Below are positions 1-8,884 of a stretch of 64,000 nt of DNA, piece by piece. Positions within the stretch are counted from its first letter, which is position 1, and every line of letters starts with the position of its first letter. The notes below the pieces were generated by a model. The model worked only from the letters and a program-made list of their open reading frames with translations, did not search any database and was not told where the DNA came from. The position numbers were made by a program, and so were the translations under genes. Where the stretch lies: the NCBI GenBank assembly GCA_964625225.1, contig CAZVAR010000004.1, positions 353-64,352 of the forward strand, written 5' to 3'. This DNA comes from an uncultured Alphaproteobacteria bacterium (lineage in GTDB: Bacteria; Pseudomonadota; Alphaproteobacteria; JAJUGE01).

Positions 1-372
1 GGGCATGCGGCGGACCCAGATCGGCCCGAGGGTACAGTTCTCCAAGACAGTGAGATGCGGGAACAGGTTGAAGTGCTGAAACACCATGCCGACTTCGCGC
101 CGCACCTGCTCGATGTTCTTCAGGTCGTTGGTCAGCGTGACGCCGTCCACGATGATGGTGCCGCGCTGATGCTCCTCGAGCCGGTTGATACAGCGGATCA
201 GAGTCGACTTCCCGGACCCGGAGGGGCCGCAGATCACGATCCGCTCGCCAGCCGCTACGCTTAGGTTGATGTCCTTCAGGACATGGAACTGACCATACCA
301 TTTATGCATGCCGATGATCTGGATCATCGGCCGGTCCGACATTTCACGGCGTGGGGTTGCGGCCTCGGCCAT
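1..372 (-). CDS. aapP: General L-amino-acid ABC transporter ATP-binding protein; N-terminal part only, 3' end runs off the window
   Basis: My reverse-complement translation from the ATG at 372 gives MAEAATPRREMSDRPMIQIIGMHKWYGQFHVLKDINLSVAAGERIVICGPSGSGKSTLIRCINRLEEHQRG... It has a Walker A motif (GPSGSGKST) and is polar-amino-acid ABC ATPase-like. It lies directly downstream of the two permease genes. It is absent from the ORF track because there is no stop codon in the window. Confidence 0.85.
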   Translation of the reverse strand, partial: MAEAATPRREMSDRPMIQIIGMHKWYGQFHVLKDINLSVAAGERIVICGPSGSGKSTLIRCINRLEEHQRGTIIVDGVTLTNDLKNIEQVRREVGMVFQHFNLFPHLTVLENCTLGPIWVRRMP

Positions 373-433
373 TTCCCTTTCCCTTCCGGGGCGGAACACA
401 CGACGGTCGACTGGCAAGTCGGCGTTTCGTGCC

Positions 434-1564
434 TCAGCTTCGTTTGTGCCCGGTGTAGAATTCTCGTTCAAGATACTGGCTGTACTTCGACATGAAGAAG
501 CAGAAGCAGAAATAGATCAGAGCCACGAAAACGTAACCCTCGACGAAATACGCCCGCCATTCCGGATCCGCCAGCGCTTGACGCATCGCCAGCAGCAGAT
601 CGGTCAAGCTGACGATCGCCACCAGTGACGTGTCCTTGAACAGACCGATGAAAGTATTGACGATCGGTGGGATCACCAGCCGGATTGCTTGGGGCAGGAT
701 GATCAAGCGCTGCATCTGCCAGTAATGCAACCCGAGCGCCTCGGCGGCCTCGAATTGGCCGCGAGGGATCGCCTGAAGGCCACCGCGGATGACTTCGGCG
801 AGATAGGCGGCACTGAACATGATAATTGCGAGTTGCGCCCGCAACACCGCGTCGATCGTCACGCCGACCGGCATGAACAGCGGTAACATGAACGATGCCA
901 TGAACAGCAGGCTGACGAGGGGTACACCGCGGATCAGCTCGATGTAGCAGACGCAGATGGCCCGGATCACCGGCATATGCGACCGCCGCCCGAGGGCCAG
1001 AAGGATCGCCAACGGGAACGCCAGGGCGATGCCGATCAGCGCCAGCAGCAGCGTCAGCGGCAGACCGCCCCAAAGGTCGTTACGGACGAATGGCAGTCCG
1101 AGCACGCCGCCCCACATCAGCAGGAAGAACAGGCCGAACGCGCCGATCCAGGCGCCGAGAAGCCACGGCTTCCAGTTGCGGCGGTTGCAGCTCACCGCGA
1201 CCATGCCGATCAGCACGACCATCCCCAGCAGCGGCCGCCACTGCTCCTCGTAAGGATAGCGGCCGAAGAGGATCAGCCGATACTTCTGGTGGAGCATGGC
1301 CCAACAGGCACCCTTGGCCTCGCGACAGGCCTCCGGCGGTGCCTCGTGCCAGACGGCATCGGTGAAGAGCCACTCGATCAGCGGTGGAACCGCCCAAGCC
1401 AGCAGGGCGATCGCGAGAATCGTCAGAAGCGAGTTCCAGACGCCGTCGAACAGATTCTGCCGCAGCCAGCCGACCACGCCGACGGTCCTCGCCGGCGGGC
1501 GTTCGGAAGGGGGAAGCGTGTCGTCGATGCGTGGAGCGGCACCGACCTGCACGTCGTCGGGCAT
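434..1564 (-). CDS. aapM: General L-amino-acid ABC transporter permease
   Basis: The 376-aa polytopic membrane protein has a C-terminal HisM/GlnP-type permease core (EAAEALGL...QRLIILPQAIRLVIPP). It sits between the second permease and the ATPase gene. Confidence 0.85.
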   Translation of the reverse strand: MPDDVQVGAAPRIDDTLPPSERPPARTVGVVGWLRQNLFDGVWNSLLTILAIALLAWAVPPLIEWLFTDAVWHEAPPEACREAKGACWAMLHQKYRLILFGRYPYEEQWRPLLGMVVLIGMVAVSCNRRNWKPWLLGAWIGAFGLFFLLMWGGVLGLPFVRNDLWGGLPLTLLLALIGIALAFPLAILLALGRRSHMPVIRAICVCYIELIRGVPLVSLLFMASFMLPLFMPVGVTIDAVLRAQLAIIMFSAAYLAEVIRGGLQAIPRGQFEAAEALGLHYWQMQRLIILPQAIRLVIPPIVNTFIGLFKDTSLVAIVSLTDLLLAMRQALADPEWRAYFVEGYVFVALIYFCFCFFMSKYSQYLEREFYTGHKRS

Positions 1565-1567
1565 GGC

Positions 1568-2767
1568 TCAGCGCTCCACCAGGGCGACGCGGCGATTGTA
1601 CCAGTTCATGAACGCGGAGATCGACAGACTGATCGCCAGGTAGATCGCCATCATGATGCTGATGCACTCGATCGCCTGACCCGTCTGGTTCAAGCTCGTG
1701 TTGGCGATCGAGACCAGGTCCGGATAGCCGATCGCAACGGCGAGCGAGCTGTTTTTGGTCAGGTTGAGAAACTGGCTCGTCATTGGCGGTACGATCACCC
1801 GCAGCGCCTGCGGCAGCACAATGAGCCGCAGCACGAGGCCACGGCGTAGACCCAGTGCGACTGCGGCCTCGGTTTGACCCCAGGGCACGGCAAGAATGCC
1901 GCTACGGACGATCTCCGCGATGAAGCCAGCGGTGTAGATTGTCAGCCCCATCAGGAGAGCGAGAAACTCCGGGGTAATGCTGCTTCCGCCGGAGAAGGTG
2001 AACCGGCCGCGGGTTGGAACATCCACTGCGGTCGGCGCTCCGCCCGCAAGCCAGACCAGTAAGGGGAGTCCTACGATTGCGCCGAGACCGACCCAGAGCA
2101 CGGGAGCCCGCTCGCCGGTCAGTTCCTGTCGTCGCCGGGCCCAACGCGCGAAGAGCACTGTCGCCGCACAGCCGCAAACGAAGGCCAGGACCATGAACGC
2201 ATAAACCGGAGTGTAGACCGGCACGGGATACATGAGCCCGCTCGCGCTCAAATAGACCCCGGGCAGCAGGCCGATTGCCGCGGAGACCGGCGGCAGCAGG
2301 CCGGTAATGGCCGAGTACCAGAAAAAAAGCTGCAGCAGCAGCGGGATGTTGCGCACCGTCTCGACATAGACGGATGCAAGCCGGGCGATCAGCCAATTGC
2401 CCGACAGTCGTGCGATGCCGACGACCGTACCGATAGCCGTGGCGAGCACGATGCCGATCAGGGCGACGTGCAGCGTGTTGAGCACGCCGACCAGGAAGGC
2501 ACGGCCGTAGCTATCGGAGGGGCTATACGGGATAAGGTGCTCGCCGATCCGGAATCCGGCCTCGTTGTCGAGAAACCCGTAGCCGGACCGGATTCCACGC
2601 ACCTCAAGGTTATGAATGGTCGTCGAGACGAGATAGACCGCGACCAGGATCACCGCCACGATCGCGATGGCCTGAAAAGCGACTGCGCGTGCCGCAGGGT
2701 TGCGCCAAAGGGGTACCGAAGGCGCAGTTCCGCTTCGGCGTGTCGGCATGTCCGCGTGGTTCGCCAT
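1568..2767 (-). CDS. aapQ: General L-amino-acid ABC transporter permease
   Basis: The ORF is 1568..2800. I prefer the ATG at 2767 (MANHADMPTRR...). It is a membrane protein with the EAA-loop region TEAAVALGL...LRLIVLPQALRVIVPP. It is separated from aapM by 3 nt. Confidence 0.85.
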   Translation of the reverse strand: MANHADMPTRRSGTAPSVPLWRNPAARAVAFQAIAIVAVILVAVYLVSTTIHNLEVRGIRSGYGFLDNEAGFRIGEHLIPYSPSDSYGRAFLVGVLNTLHVALIGIVLATAIGTVVGIARLSGNWLIARLASVYVETVRNIPLLLQLFFWYSAITGLLPPVSAAIGLLPGVYLSASGLMYPVPVYTPVYAFMVLAFVCGCAATVLFARWARRRQELTGERAPVLWVGLGAIVGLPLLVWLAGGAPTAVDVPTRGRFTFSGGSSITPEFLALLMGLTIYTAGFIAEIVRSGILAVPWGQTEAAVALGLRRGLVLRLIVLPQALRVIVPPMTSQFLNLTKNSSLAVAIGYPDLVSIANTSLNQTGQAIECISIMMAIYLAISLSISAFMNWYNRRVALVER

Positions 2768-2831
2768 GGTGTACTCTCGCCGCCAAGGCGGAACCGCCAC
2801 CCGTGACGGCGGGTGGCGGTTGCGTGGCCGC

Positions 2832-3866
2832 TCAGCGAACCGGCATTGCGTACATCAGGCCGCCCTGGGTCCAGAGCGCATTCAACCCGCGCTCCAGCCC
2901 CAATTTGGTTTGCTGTCCGACATTGCGCTCGAAGATCTCACCGTAGTTGCCGACCTGTTTGATAATGCGGTAGGCCCAATCATTGTCGAGGCCAAGCAGT
3001 TTGCCCATGTCACCCGAGGTTCCCAGCAACCGCTGCACGGTCGGGTTCTTGCTCTCTGCCTTCATTTGGTCGACGTTCTGTGAGTTCACGCCCGCCTCTT
3101 CGGCTTCGAGTGTGGCATAGACAGCCCATTTCACGATCGTGAACCACTCATCGTCGCCGCGGCGTACCGCCGGACCCAGCGGCTCCTTAGAAATCAACTC
3201 CGGCAGGATCGCATAGTCGGCGGGGTTCGGTGCATCGACCGAGCGGATCGATGCCAAGCCCGAAGCATCAGTCGTATAAACCTGGCAGCGCCCGTTGAAG
3301 AACGCTACTTTGGACTCCTCCAGTGATTCGAACACGACCGGCTTGAATTCCATACCATTGGCACGGAAATAGTCCGCGAGGTTCAGTTCGGTCGTGGTGC
3401 CGGTCTGAACGCAGACTTCAGCGCCCGAAAGCTCCTTTGCGCTTTTCACGTCGAGGGCCTTCGGGACCATGAAGCCCTGGCCGTCGTAAAAGGTAACGCC
3501 CGCAAATACGAGGCCGAGCGACGCGTCACGCGTCAGCGTCCAGGTCGTGTTTCGCGACAGGACGTCGACCTCGCCGGACTGCAATGCGGTGAAGCGCTGC
3601 TGCGCGGAGAGGGGCACGAACTCCACTTTGTTGGCGTCCCCGAGAACCGCCGCTGCGAAGGTACGGCAGAAGTCGGCATCGAGGCCCGTCCACTTGCCCT
3701 GGCTGTCCGCGATCGAAAAGCCGGCAAGGCCGGTATTGACGCCGCAGCGCACGGCTCCTCGTTGCTTGATGGCGTCGAGTGTCGCGCCGGCCTGAGCGAC
3801 TCCGGACGTGAGTCCTATCATCGCTGTGGTCGCGGCGGCCGCCATTAACGTCACGAATTTCTGCAT
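2832..3866 (-). CDS. aapJ: Periplasmic general L-amino-acid-binding protein
   Basis: The ORF is 2832..3953. The internal ATG at 3866 gives MQKFVTLMAAAATTAMIGLTSGVAQA, a signal peptide, followed by an AapJ/BztA-like solute-binding domain (GATLDAIKQRGAVRCGVN..., ...LWTQGGLMYAMPVR). It is the first gene of the aapJQMP order. Confidence 0.85.
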   Translation of the reverse strand: MQKFVTLMAAAATTAMIGLTSGVAQAGATLDAIKQRGAVRCGVNTGLAGFSIADSQGKWTGLDADFCRTFAAAVLGDANKVEFVPLSAQQRFTALQSGEVDVLSRNTTWTLTRDASLGLVFAGVTFYDGQGFMVPKALDVKSAKELSGAEVCVQTGTTTELNLADYFRANGMEFKPVVFESLEESKVAFFNGRCQVYTTDASGLASIRSVDAPNPADYAILPELISKEPLGPAVRRGDDEWFTIVKWAVYATLEAEEAGVNSQNVDQMKAESKNPTVQRLLGTSGDMGKLLGLDNDWAYRIIKQVGNYGEIFERNVGQQTKLGLERGLNALWTQGGLMYAMPVR

Positions 3867-4466
3867 TGGCAGCACTCCCCTCTTGGTCCGATTACGTCCT
3901 GTCGGCCGTCGGCCAACAGCATTGAAGATTTCCCAAGAATGACTTGTGCACACATCGGTCGCAACCGTCTTTACCAGCTGCAGGGAGCGGCGCGACTAAA
4001 GGGTTACGCTACCATCGACGACGATGCACGCTCGAGGCGTAAGCCGATTCTTCCGTTTCGGTAGCCCTGATAACCCGCCGATCCGATGCCGCCCTGGACA
4101 CTCGACCGGGCAGTCCGGACAGAGCGACGTCCGTTACGGAGATGTTCGCGACCGATCCGTCGCCGGTACGACCGACGCGAAGGCATAAGCGACCGTTACA
4201 TGCCCCTTGCACTCAGGTCGAAGGACAGGTTCCGGTGACGTTCCCTGTCGCCAGAGATCGAGGCGTGACGGATAATGCCGGCGAACGGCGGTACCTGCCG
4301 GTTCCGTCGGCCTGACCTCTCCATCTCCGTAGCGATGACCTCCCGTTGCCGGCGGCCAGGACGACGCCGTCGAACAGCCTGTCTCCTGGGGCGCGACAGG
4401 GACGGAGGTGCGTTTCCGGCGGGCCGGCGACGGGGCCCCCATTCGGGCCGTGGCCCTGTTCGACCT

Positions 4467-6248
4467 TCAGTGTGAGTGCCGCGGCACCGCTTCGCGCACG
4501 CGCCGGTATTTCGCTGCGAGCTCGAGACAGCCACCGGTGGCGAGTTGCCCGACTGTGTCGCGATAGAGCTCCTGCCACGGTGTCTGGTGTTCGAGTTCCG
4601 GAGGGCGGTACTCGCGTCGCCGCTGAGCGATCTCCTCGTCCGAAGCCAGCAGGTCCACCCGGCCAGCATTGAGGTCGATGCGTACCCGGTCGCCCGTACG
4701 CAGGATGGCGAGGCCGCCGCCGATCGCCGCCTCCGGTGAGGCATTGAGGATCGACGGACTGGCCGAGGTGCCGCTCTGCCGACCGTCCCCGATGCACGGC
4801 AGAGCGGCGATGCCACGCTTCACCAGCGCATCGGGAGGCAGCATGTTCACCACCTCTGCCGAACCGGGATAGCCGATCGGCCCACAGCCGCGGATGAACA
4901 GGATGCAATCTTCGTCGATCTCGAGCGCGGGATCATTGATCCGCGCGTGATAGTCTTCGGGTCCATCGAACACCACGGCGCGCCCTTCGAATACGCCCTC
5001 TCGACCGGGTTGCAAGAGGTAGCGGCGGCGGAACTCCGCGCCGATGACCGACGTCTTCATCACCGCGGCATCGAAAAGGTTGCCGGTCATTACCATGAAC
5101 CCCGCGCTCTTCATCAGCGGGCGATCGTATGGGCGAATCACCTCCGGATCGGCCGGTTGCGCATCCCGATTGTTCTCACCGATGGTACGGCCGGTGACGG
5201 TGAGGGCATGTTCACGGATCCGGCCGCCGCGCATCAGCTCCCAGATAACGCCCGGTACGCCTCCTGCGCGAAAGAAGGCCTCGCCGAGAAACCGCCCCGC
5301 CGGCTGACAATCCACAAGAAGCGGAACGTCGAAGCCGATGTCCTGCCAGGCCTCGATCGGCAGTTCGACTCCTGCATGACGGGCGACAGCATTGACGTGG
5401 ATCGGGCAGTTGCTGGAACCGCCGATCGCCGAACAGACCGCAATGGCGTTGTCGAACGCATCCCGCGTCAGGATCCGCGACGGCGTGAGGTCTTCCCACA
5501 CCATCTCGACGATACGTCGCCCGGTCGCGTAAGCCATCTGGGTACGCTCGCGATAAGGGGCAGGAATCGCGGCACAGCCCGGCAATGCCATGCCGAGCGC
5601 CTCCGCGAGGCAGTTCATCGAAAGCGCCGTACCCATCGTGTTGCAGTGTCCGATGCTCGGTGCAGACGCCGTTACGATCTCCATGAAACGCTCGTAGTCG
5701 ATCTCACCCGCGGCGAGCATCCGTCGCGCTTCCCATACCGCGGTGCCGGAGCCGGCAAGGCGGCCGCGCCAATGCCCGTCCAGCATCGGTCCCCCGGACA
5801 GAACGATGGCGGGGAGGTCCACCGTAGCCGCCGCGGTCAGGCAGGCGGGGACGGTCTTGTCGCAGCCGGTCGTCAGCACGACACCGTCCAGCGGATAGCC
5901 GTGCAGAATCTCCACCAGGCCCAGATAGGCGAGATTGCGGTCGAGCGCCGCCGTCGGACGCTTGCCGGTCTCCTGAAGCGGATGGACCGGGAACTCTATG
6001 GGGATGCCGCCGGCGTCACGGATGCCCGCACGGACCCGCTCGGCGAGCTGGAGATGGTGGCGGTTGCAGGGGGCAAGGTCGCTGCCGGTCTGGGCGATGC
6101 CGATAATCGGACGCCCCGATTGAAGTTCGTCGCGGGTCAACCCGAAATTCAGGTAGCGCTCGATATAGAGCGCCGTCATGCCCGGGTCGCGCGGGTCGTC
6201 GAACCAGAGGCGGCTACGCAGTTCGGTGCCCTTGTGTGGGTCGCGCAT
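4467..6248 (-). CDS. IlvD/Edd-family dehydratase (sugar-acid dehydratase-like)
   Basis: The 593-aa protein shows IlvD/Edd signatures: CNRHH, TTGCDKTVPACL, GHCNTMGTALSMN, and CIGDGRQSGTS near the C-terminus. Its length and N-terminus resemble xylonate/arabinonate-type members rather than the IlvD of branched-chain amino-acid synthesis (inference). Confidence 0.8.
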   Translation of the reverse strand: MRDPHKGTELRSRLWFDDPRDPGMTALYIERYLNFGLTRDELQSGRPIIGIAQTGSDLAPCNRHHLQLAERVRAGIRDAGGIPIEFPVHPLQETGKRPTAALDRNLAYLGLVEILHGYPLDGVVLTTGCDKTVPACLTAAATVDLPAIVLSGGPMLDGHWRGRLAGSGTAVWEARRMLAAGEIDYERFMEIVTASAPSIGHCNTMGTALSMNCLAEALGMALPGCAAIPAPYRERTQMAYATGRRIVEMVWEDLTPSRILTRDAFDNAIAVCSAIGGSSNCPIHVNAVARHAGVELPIEAWQDIGFDVPLLVDCQPAGRFLGEAFFRAGGVPGVIWELMRGGRIREHALTVTGRTIGENNRDAQPADPEVIRPYDRPLMKSAGFMVMTGNLFDAAVMKTSVIGAEFRRRYLLQPGREGVFEGRAVVFDGPEDYHARINDPALEIDEDCILFIRGCGPIGYPGSAEVVNMLPPDALVKRGIAALPCIGDGRQSGTSASPSILNASPEAAIGGGLAILRTGDRVRIDLNAGRVDLLASDEEIAQRRREYRPPELEHQTPWQELYRDTVGQLATGGCLELAAKYRRVREAVPRHSH

Positions 6249-6264
6249 CGCGCCTCTCCCTTTT

Positions 6265-7350
6265 TTACCCCAGGATGGTTTTGATCCTCCCGTCGTCCAG
6301 GCCCACCGCGCGGGCGGTCGCCAGGATCGACGCCCAGGCGTCGTCGGGAAGCGGGATGCCCTCGGCCAGGCGCTTCGCCCGGCTCCGCTGTTCGGGTTCT
6401 CCAGGTACCAGCACTTCGCCGCCCGGCTCCGCCGGCCGCGCCGACTTCACGAAGGCGATATAGTTCCGCATCTCTTCGGGGAAGAAGCCGGCCGGATCGA
6501 ACAGATCGGGCGCGATATAGATGGACAGCATGCCGTTGGCGAAAGGCCGCGGCGGCGGGCCCGCCGTACCGTTGCCGGTGAAGGCGCCGCCGAGCAGTTC
6601 ACACATCAGCGCAAGCCCGGATCCTTTGTGTTCGCCCATGGCGCGGATGGCGCCACGGTTCTCCCGCTTATCGGGCGGCACGTCGGGGCCGGTATCGCCA
6701 TAGAGGGTGGCCGGGTCATTGGTCATGCGGCCGTCAGGCTCGATCAAGCTGTGCGGCGGAATCGGCTTGCCGCCCTTGGCCGCCACGAGCACCTTCCCCT
6801 CCGCAACCACGGCCGTCGCGAAATCGAGGATCAGCGGCGCTTCTTCCGATCGCGGCAGGCCGACGCAGAACGGCGCAGTGGAGAATCGCTTTTCCGTTCC
6901 GCCGAACGGTGCGACCAGGATGCTACCGGCCGCATTGACGAAATGGATCGAAACGAGTCCGGCCTCGGCCGCCATTTCGGCCCAGTCACCCACCCGGCCG
7001 ACATGCCCGGCATTGCGCAACGTGATCACCGCCACGCCGTTTGCGGCCGCCTTGTCGATACCGAGTTGCACCGCCTGCGGAGCGACCGTCTGGCCGAACC
7101 CGAACCTGCCGTCGACAACTGCCATGACGGGCGTTTCGGTGATGATCTCGATCGTGCGATCGGCCAAGACGTGACCGTCGCGCATCATTTGGATGTAGCG
7201 TGGGACACGTACCACGCCGTGGCTGTCGTGACCCACGAGATTAGCCGAAACGAGATATCGGCCGATCCGTTCCGCTTCCGCCTCGGAACAACCGGCATGG
7301 CGAAAGATCGCGGTCACGAGATCGCGCAGGGCGTCCGCCCGGATCAGCAT
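6265..7350 (-). CDS. Ldh2-family (malate/L-lactate dehydrogenase 2-type) NAD(P)H oxidoreductase
   Basis: The 361-aa protein has N-terminal ...LVSANLVGHDSHGVVRVPRYI... and a mid-region GEHKGSGLALMCELL, both typical of the Ldh_2 family. It begins 16 nt downstream of the dehydratase stop, so the two are probably one operon. Confidence 0.8.
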   Translation of the reverse strand: MLIRADALRDLVTAIFRHAGCSEAEAERIGRYLVSANLVGHDSHGVVRVPRYIQMMRDGHVLADRTIEIITETPVMAVVDGRFGFGQTVAPQAVQLGIDKAAANGVAVITLRNAGHVGRVGDWAEMAAEAGLVSIHFVNAAGSILVAPFGGTEKRFSTAPFCVGLPRSEEAPLILDFATAVVAEGKVLVAAKGGKPIPPHSLIEPDGRMTNDPATLYGDTGPDVPPDKRENRGAIRAMGEHKGSGLALMCELLGGAFTGNGTAGPPPRPFANGMLSIYIAPDLFDPAGFFPEEMRNYIAFVKSARPAEPGGEVLVPGEPEQRSRAKRLAEGIPLPDDAWASILATARAVGLDDGRIKTILG

Positions 7351-7502
7351 GATGTCGGTCCTCCGCCGATCCGCGCCGTGATTCGCACGCTCAACGCTTC
7401 CCTCCCGAGTCCTTCCTGCGACCTGTACTTCGTCGCGGACGCGTGTCGGCGAGATGATAGGCGGACACCGTGGTAATGAACAGCGATCTTGCGCAGCTCG
7501 AA

Positions 7503-7760
7503 TTACCAGAGAGTCTCGGCGTAGTGACGTTCACCGCTCACCATTGCCCGGAACAGACGGGCGGCGTCGTCGCGCGAGCGCCATCCACGAGGGCCGATCA
7601 CGGCCGCTATGCCCGCTGGGGAATCCTCTGCCTCCGCGCTGTGCTGCGGGTCAAGCGAATAGACCCGTCCAGCGCGCGCCTCGATCACGGCGAAGCGGCC
7701 TCTACCGTTGCCGATCAGCCTGTAGGATTCCTTCTCGGCGATCACCTGAATGCCGGCCAT
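7503..7760 (-). CDS. Hypothetical small protein (85 aa)
   Basis: This is the internal ATG of ORF 7503..7964: MAGIQVIAEKESYRLIGNGRGRFAVIEARAGRVYSLDPQHSAE... The composition is non-repetitive, unlike the Arg/Cys/Gly-rich upstream extension. It lies downstream of, and codirectional with, the methyltransferase. I recognised no family. Confidence 0.4.
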   Translation of the reverse strand: MAGIQVIAEKESYRLIGNGRGRFAVIEARAGRVYSLDPQHSAEAEDSPAGIAAVIGPRGWRSRDDAARLFRAMVSGERHYAETLW

Positions 7761-7864
7761 GATGTGCTCCCGAAGGCGACACGGTGCGAGCGTACAGCAC
7801 GACTTTGAACGAGCGTCTCCCTTCGCCAGTTCCTCTGGGCAGCCAGGATCCGGTCGCGGTCCGG

Positions 7865-8872
7865 TCAGGCGGGCTTGCGGCCAGCCACTCGCACCAGAAC
7901 ACCCGGCACAAAGTCGGTCGTCGTCACATCCCGGAAGCCCGCATCGGTCATGTATTCCACGCACTCGGTGACCGAATGGGCCAGCCCCGTAGAGGCATTT
8001 AAGGTTTGCGCCAGCCCCCAGAGCGCAGCATCCGCCGGCCCGCTCCGTGTGGAATCGAGAGCCTCCCCGATCAAGTGCATCTCGCCGCCGGGCAGGAGTG
8101 CCTCGAACGCCTTCCGCACCACGGCCCGGATCTGTTCCCGGCCATACATCGGCAGGTTACTGGCCATCAGTATTACATCGGCGCCGACCGGCAAGGGATC
8201 CTTGTTGAAATCGCCCGGCACTGCCTCGATACGGTCGGAGAGATCGTTCTCCTTGATGAACTCGCGAGCCACATCGGCAACGGCCGGAAGATCGAACACG
8301 GTCGCCCGCAACTGCGGGTGATGTTGGCACGCGACGATACAGTAGGCGCCGGATCCGCCGCCGACATCCAGTAAGCTCCGTCGGTTGGACAGGTCGACCT
8401 GCCGGACGAACCTGCGTCCGGCGCCGAGCCCGATGCTGTAGGTCGCCCGGTGATAACGCTGCGCCTCCGCGGCGGTGATGTTTGCGACTGACTTGTTGTC
8501 GGCGAGTGGCGGTCCCGGCCGGCGCAGGTGCTCGACGAGCCGGCCCCACTCGTTCCAGTCGGGCTTGGTGAACAGCAACCAGGGGCCCGCATAATTGGGT
8601 TCGCCTTCGATCAGGAAGCGCGCGACGTCGGGCGCCGGCCGCAGGCGTTCGCCATCGCGCTCGATCAGCCCCAGGCCAATACAGGCGATCACGATCCGCT
8701 CGCCGTTCGGCGGCGCGAGGCCAAGGGCATCGATCAGCTTCGCCTCGGTGTCGGCGCCACGGGCGAGCTTGGTAAAAAGTCCGAGTTCGACCGCAGCCAT
8801 TAACGTCGCCGACTCGCGATAGGCGCGAGCCATCCGTTGCAGCCGGAACGTGGTGGGGCGATGTTCGGTCAT
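7865..8872 (-). CDS. Class I SAM-dependent O-methyltransferase (Methyltransf_2-like, with N-terminal dimerisation/winged-helix region)
   Basis: The 335-aa protein has the SAM-binding motif LLDVGGGSGAYCI and a later acidic loop TVFDLP. The overall layout resembles CrtF/BchU/plant-type O-methyltransferases. Confidence 0.75.
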   Translation of the reverse strand: MTEHRPTTFRLQRMARAYRESATLMAAVELGLFTKLARGADTEAKLIDALGLAPPNGERIVIACIGLGLIERDGERLRPAPDVARFLIEGEPNYAGPWLLFTKPDWNEWGRLVEHLRRPGPPLADNKSVANITAAEAQRYHRATYSIGLGAGRRFVRQVDLSNRRSLLDVGGGSGAYCIVACQHHPQLRATVFDLPAVADVAREFIKENDLSDRIEAVPGDFNKDPLPVGADVILMASNLPMYGREQIRAVVRKAFEALLPGGEMHLIGEALDSTRSGPADAALWGLAQTLNASTGLAHSVTECVEYMTDAGFRDVTTTDFVPGVLVRVAGRKPA

Positions 8873-8884
8873 TGCGGTAGACTT

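Noticed and set aside
4090-4330. Strings reminiscent of structured RNAs: CAGTCCGGACAGAG (RNase P-like GAAAGUCCGG?), and on the minus strand CTCTGGCGACAGGGAACGTCACCGGAAC (glycine or cobalamin riboswitch-like?).
   Set aside because: These are only short partial matches. The invariant cores are absent, namely GGAAAGUCCGGGC for RNase P, the GCCACUG B12 box, and the CUCUGGAGAG...CACCGAAGGGGCA glycine aptamer core.
4947-6284. A 445-aa plus-strand ORF. Similar long ORFs occur at 6178-7476(+), 15010-16548(+), 16335-17159(-), 16766-18322(+), 17874-19127(-), 21573-23621(-), 23625-25025(-), 29878-31722(-), 35057-36433(-), 36733-37701(-), 37455-38540(-), 40320-41096(+), 45241-46170(-), 46447-47460(-), 48944-50095(+), 50991-52307(+), 52806-53654(-), 57035-58378(-) and 59021-60001(-).
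   Set aside because: All lie antisense to, or out of frame with, genes that carry unmistakable family motifs. Their translations are dominated by Arg/Gly/Pro/Ala/His runs with no recognisable domains. This is the classic shadow-ORF artefact of high-GC DNA, where stop codons are rare.
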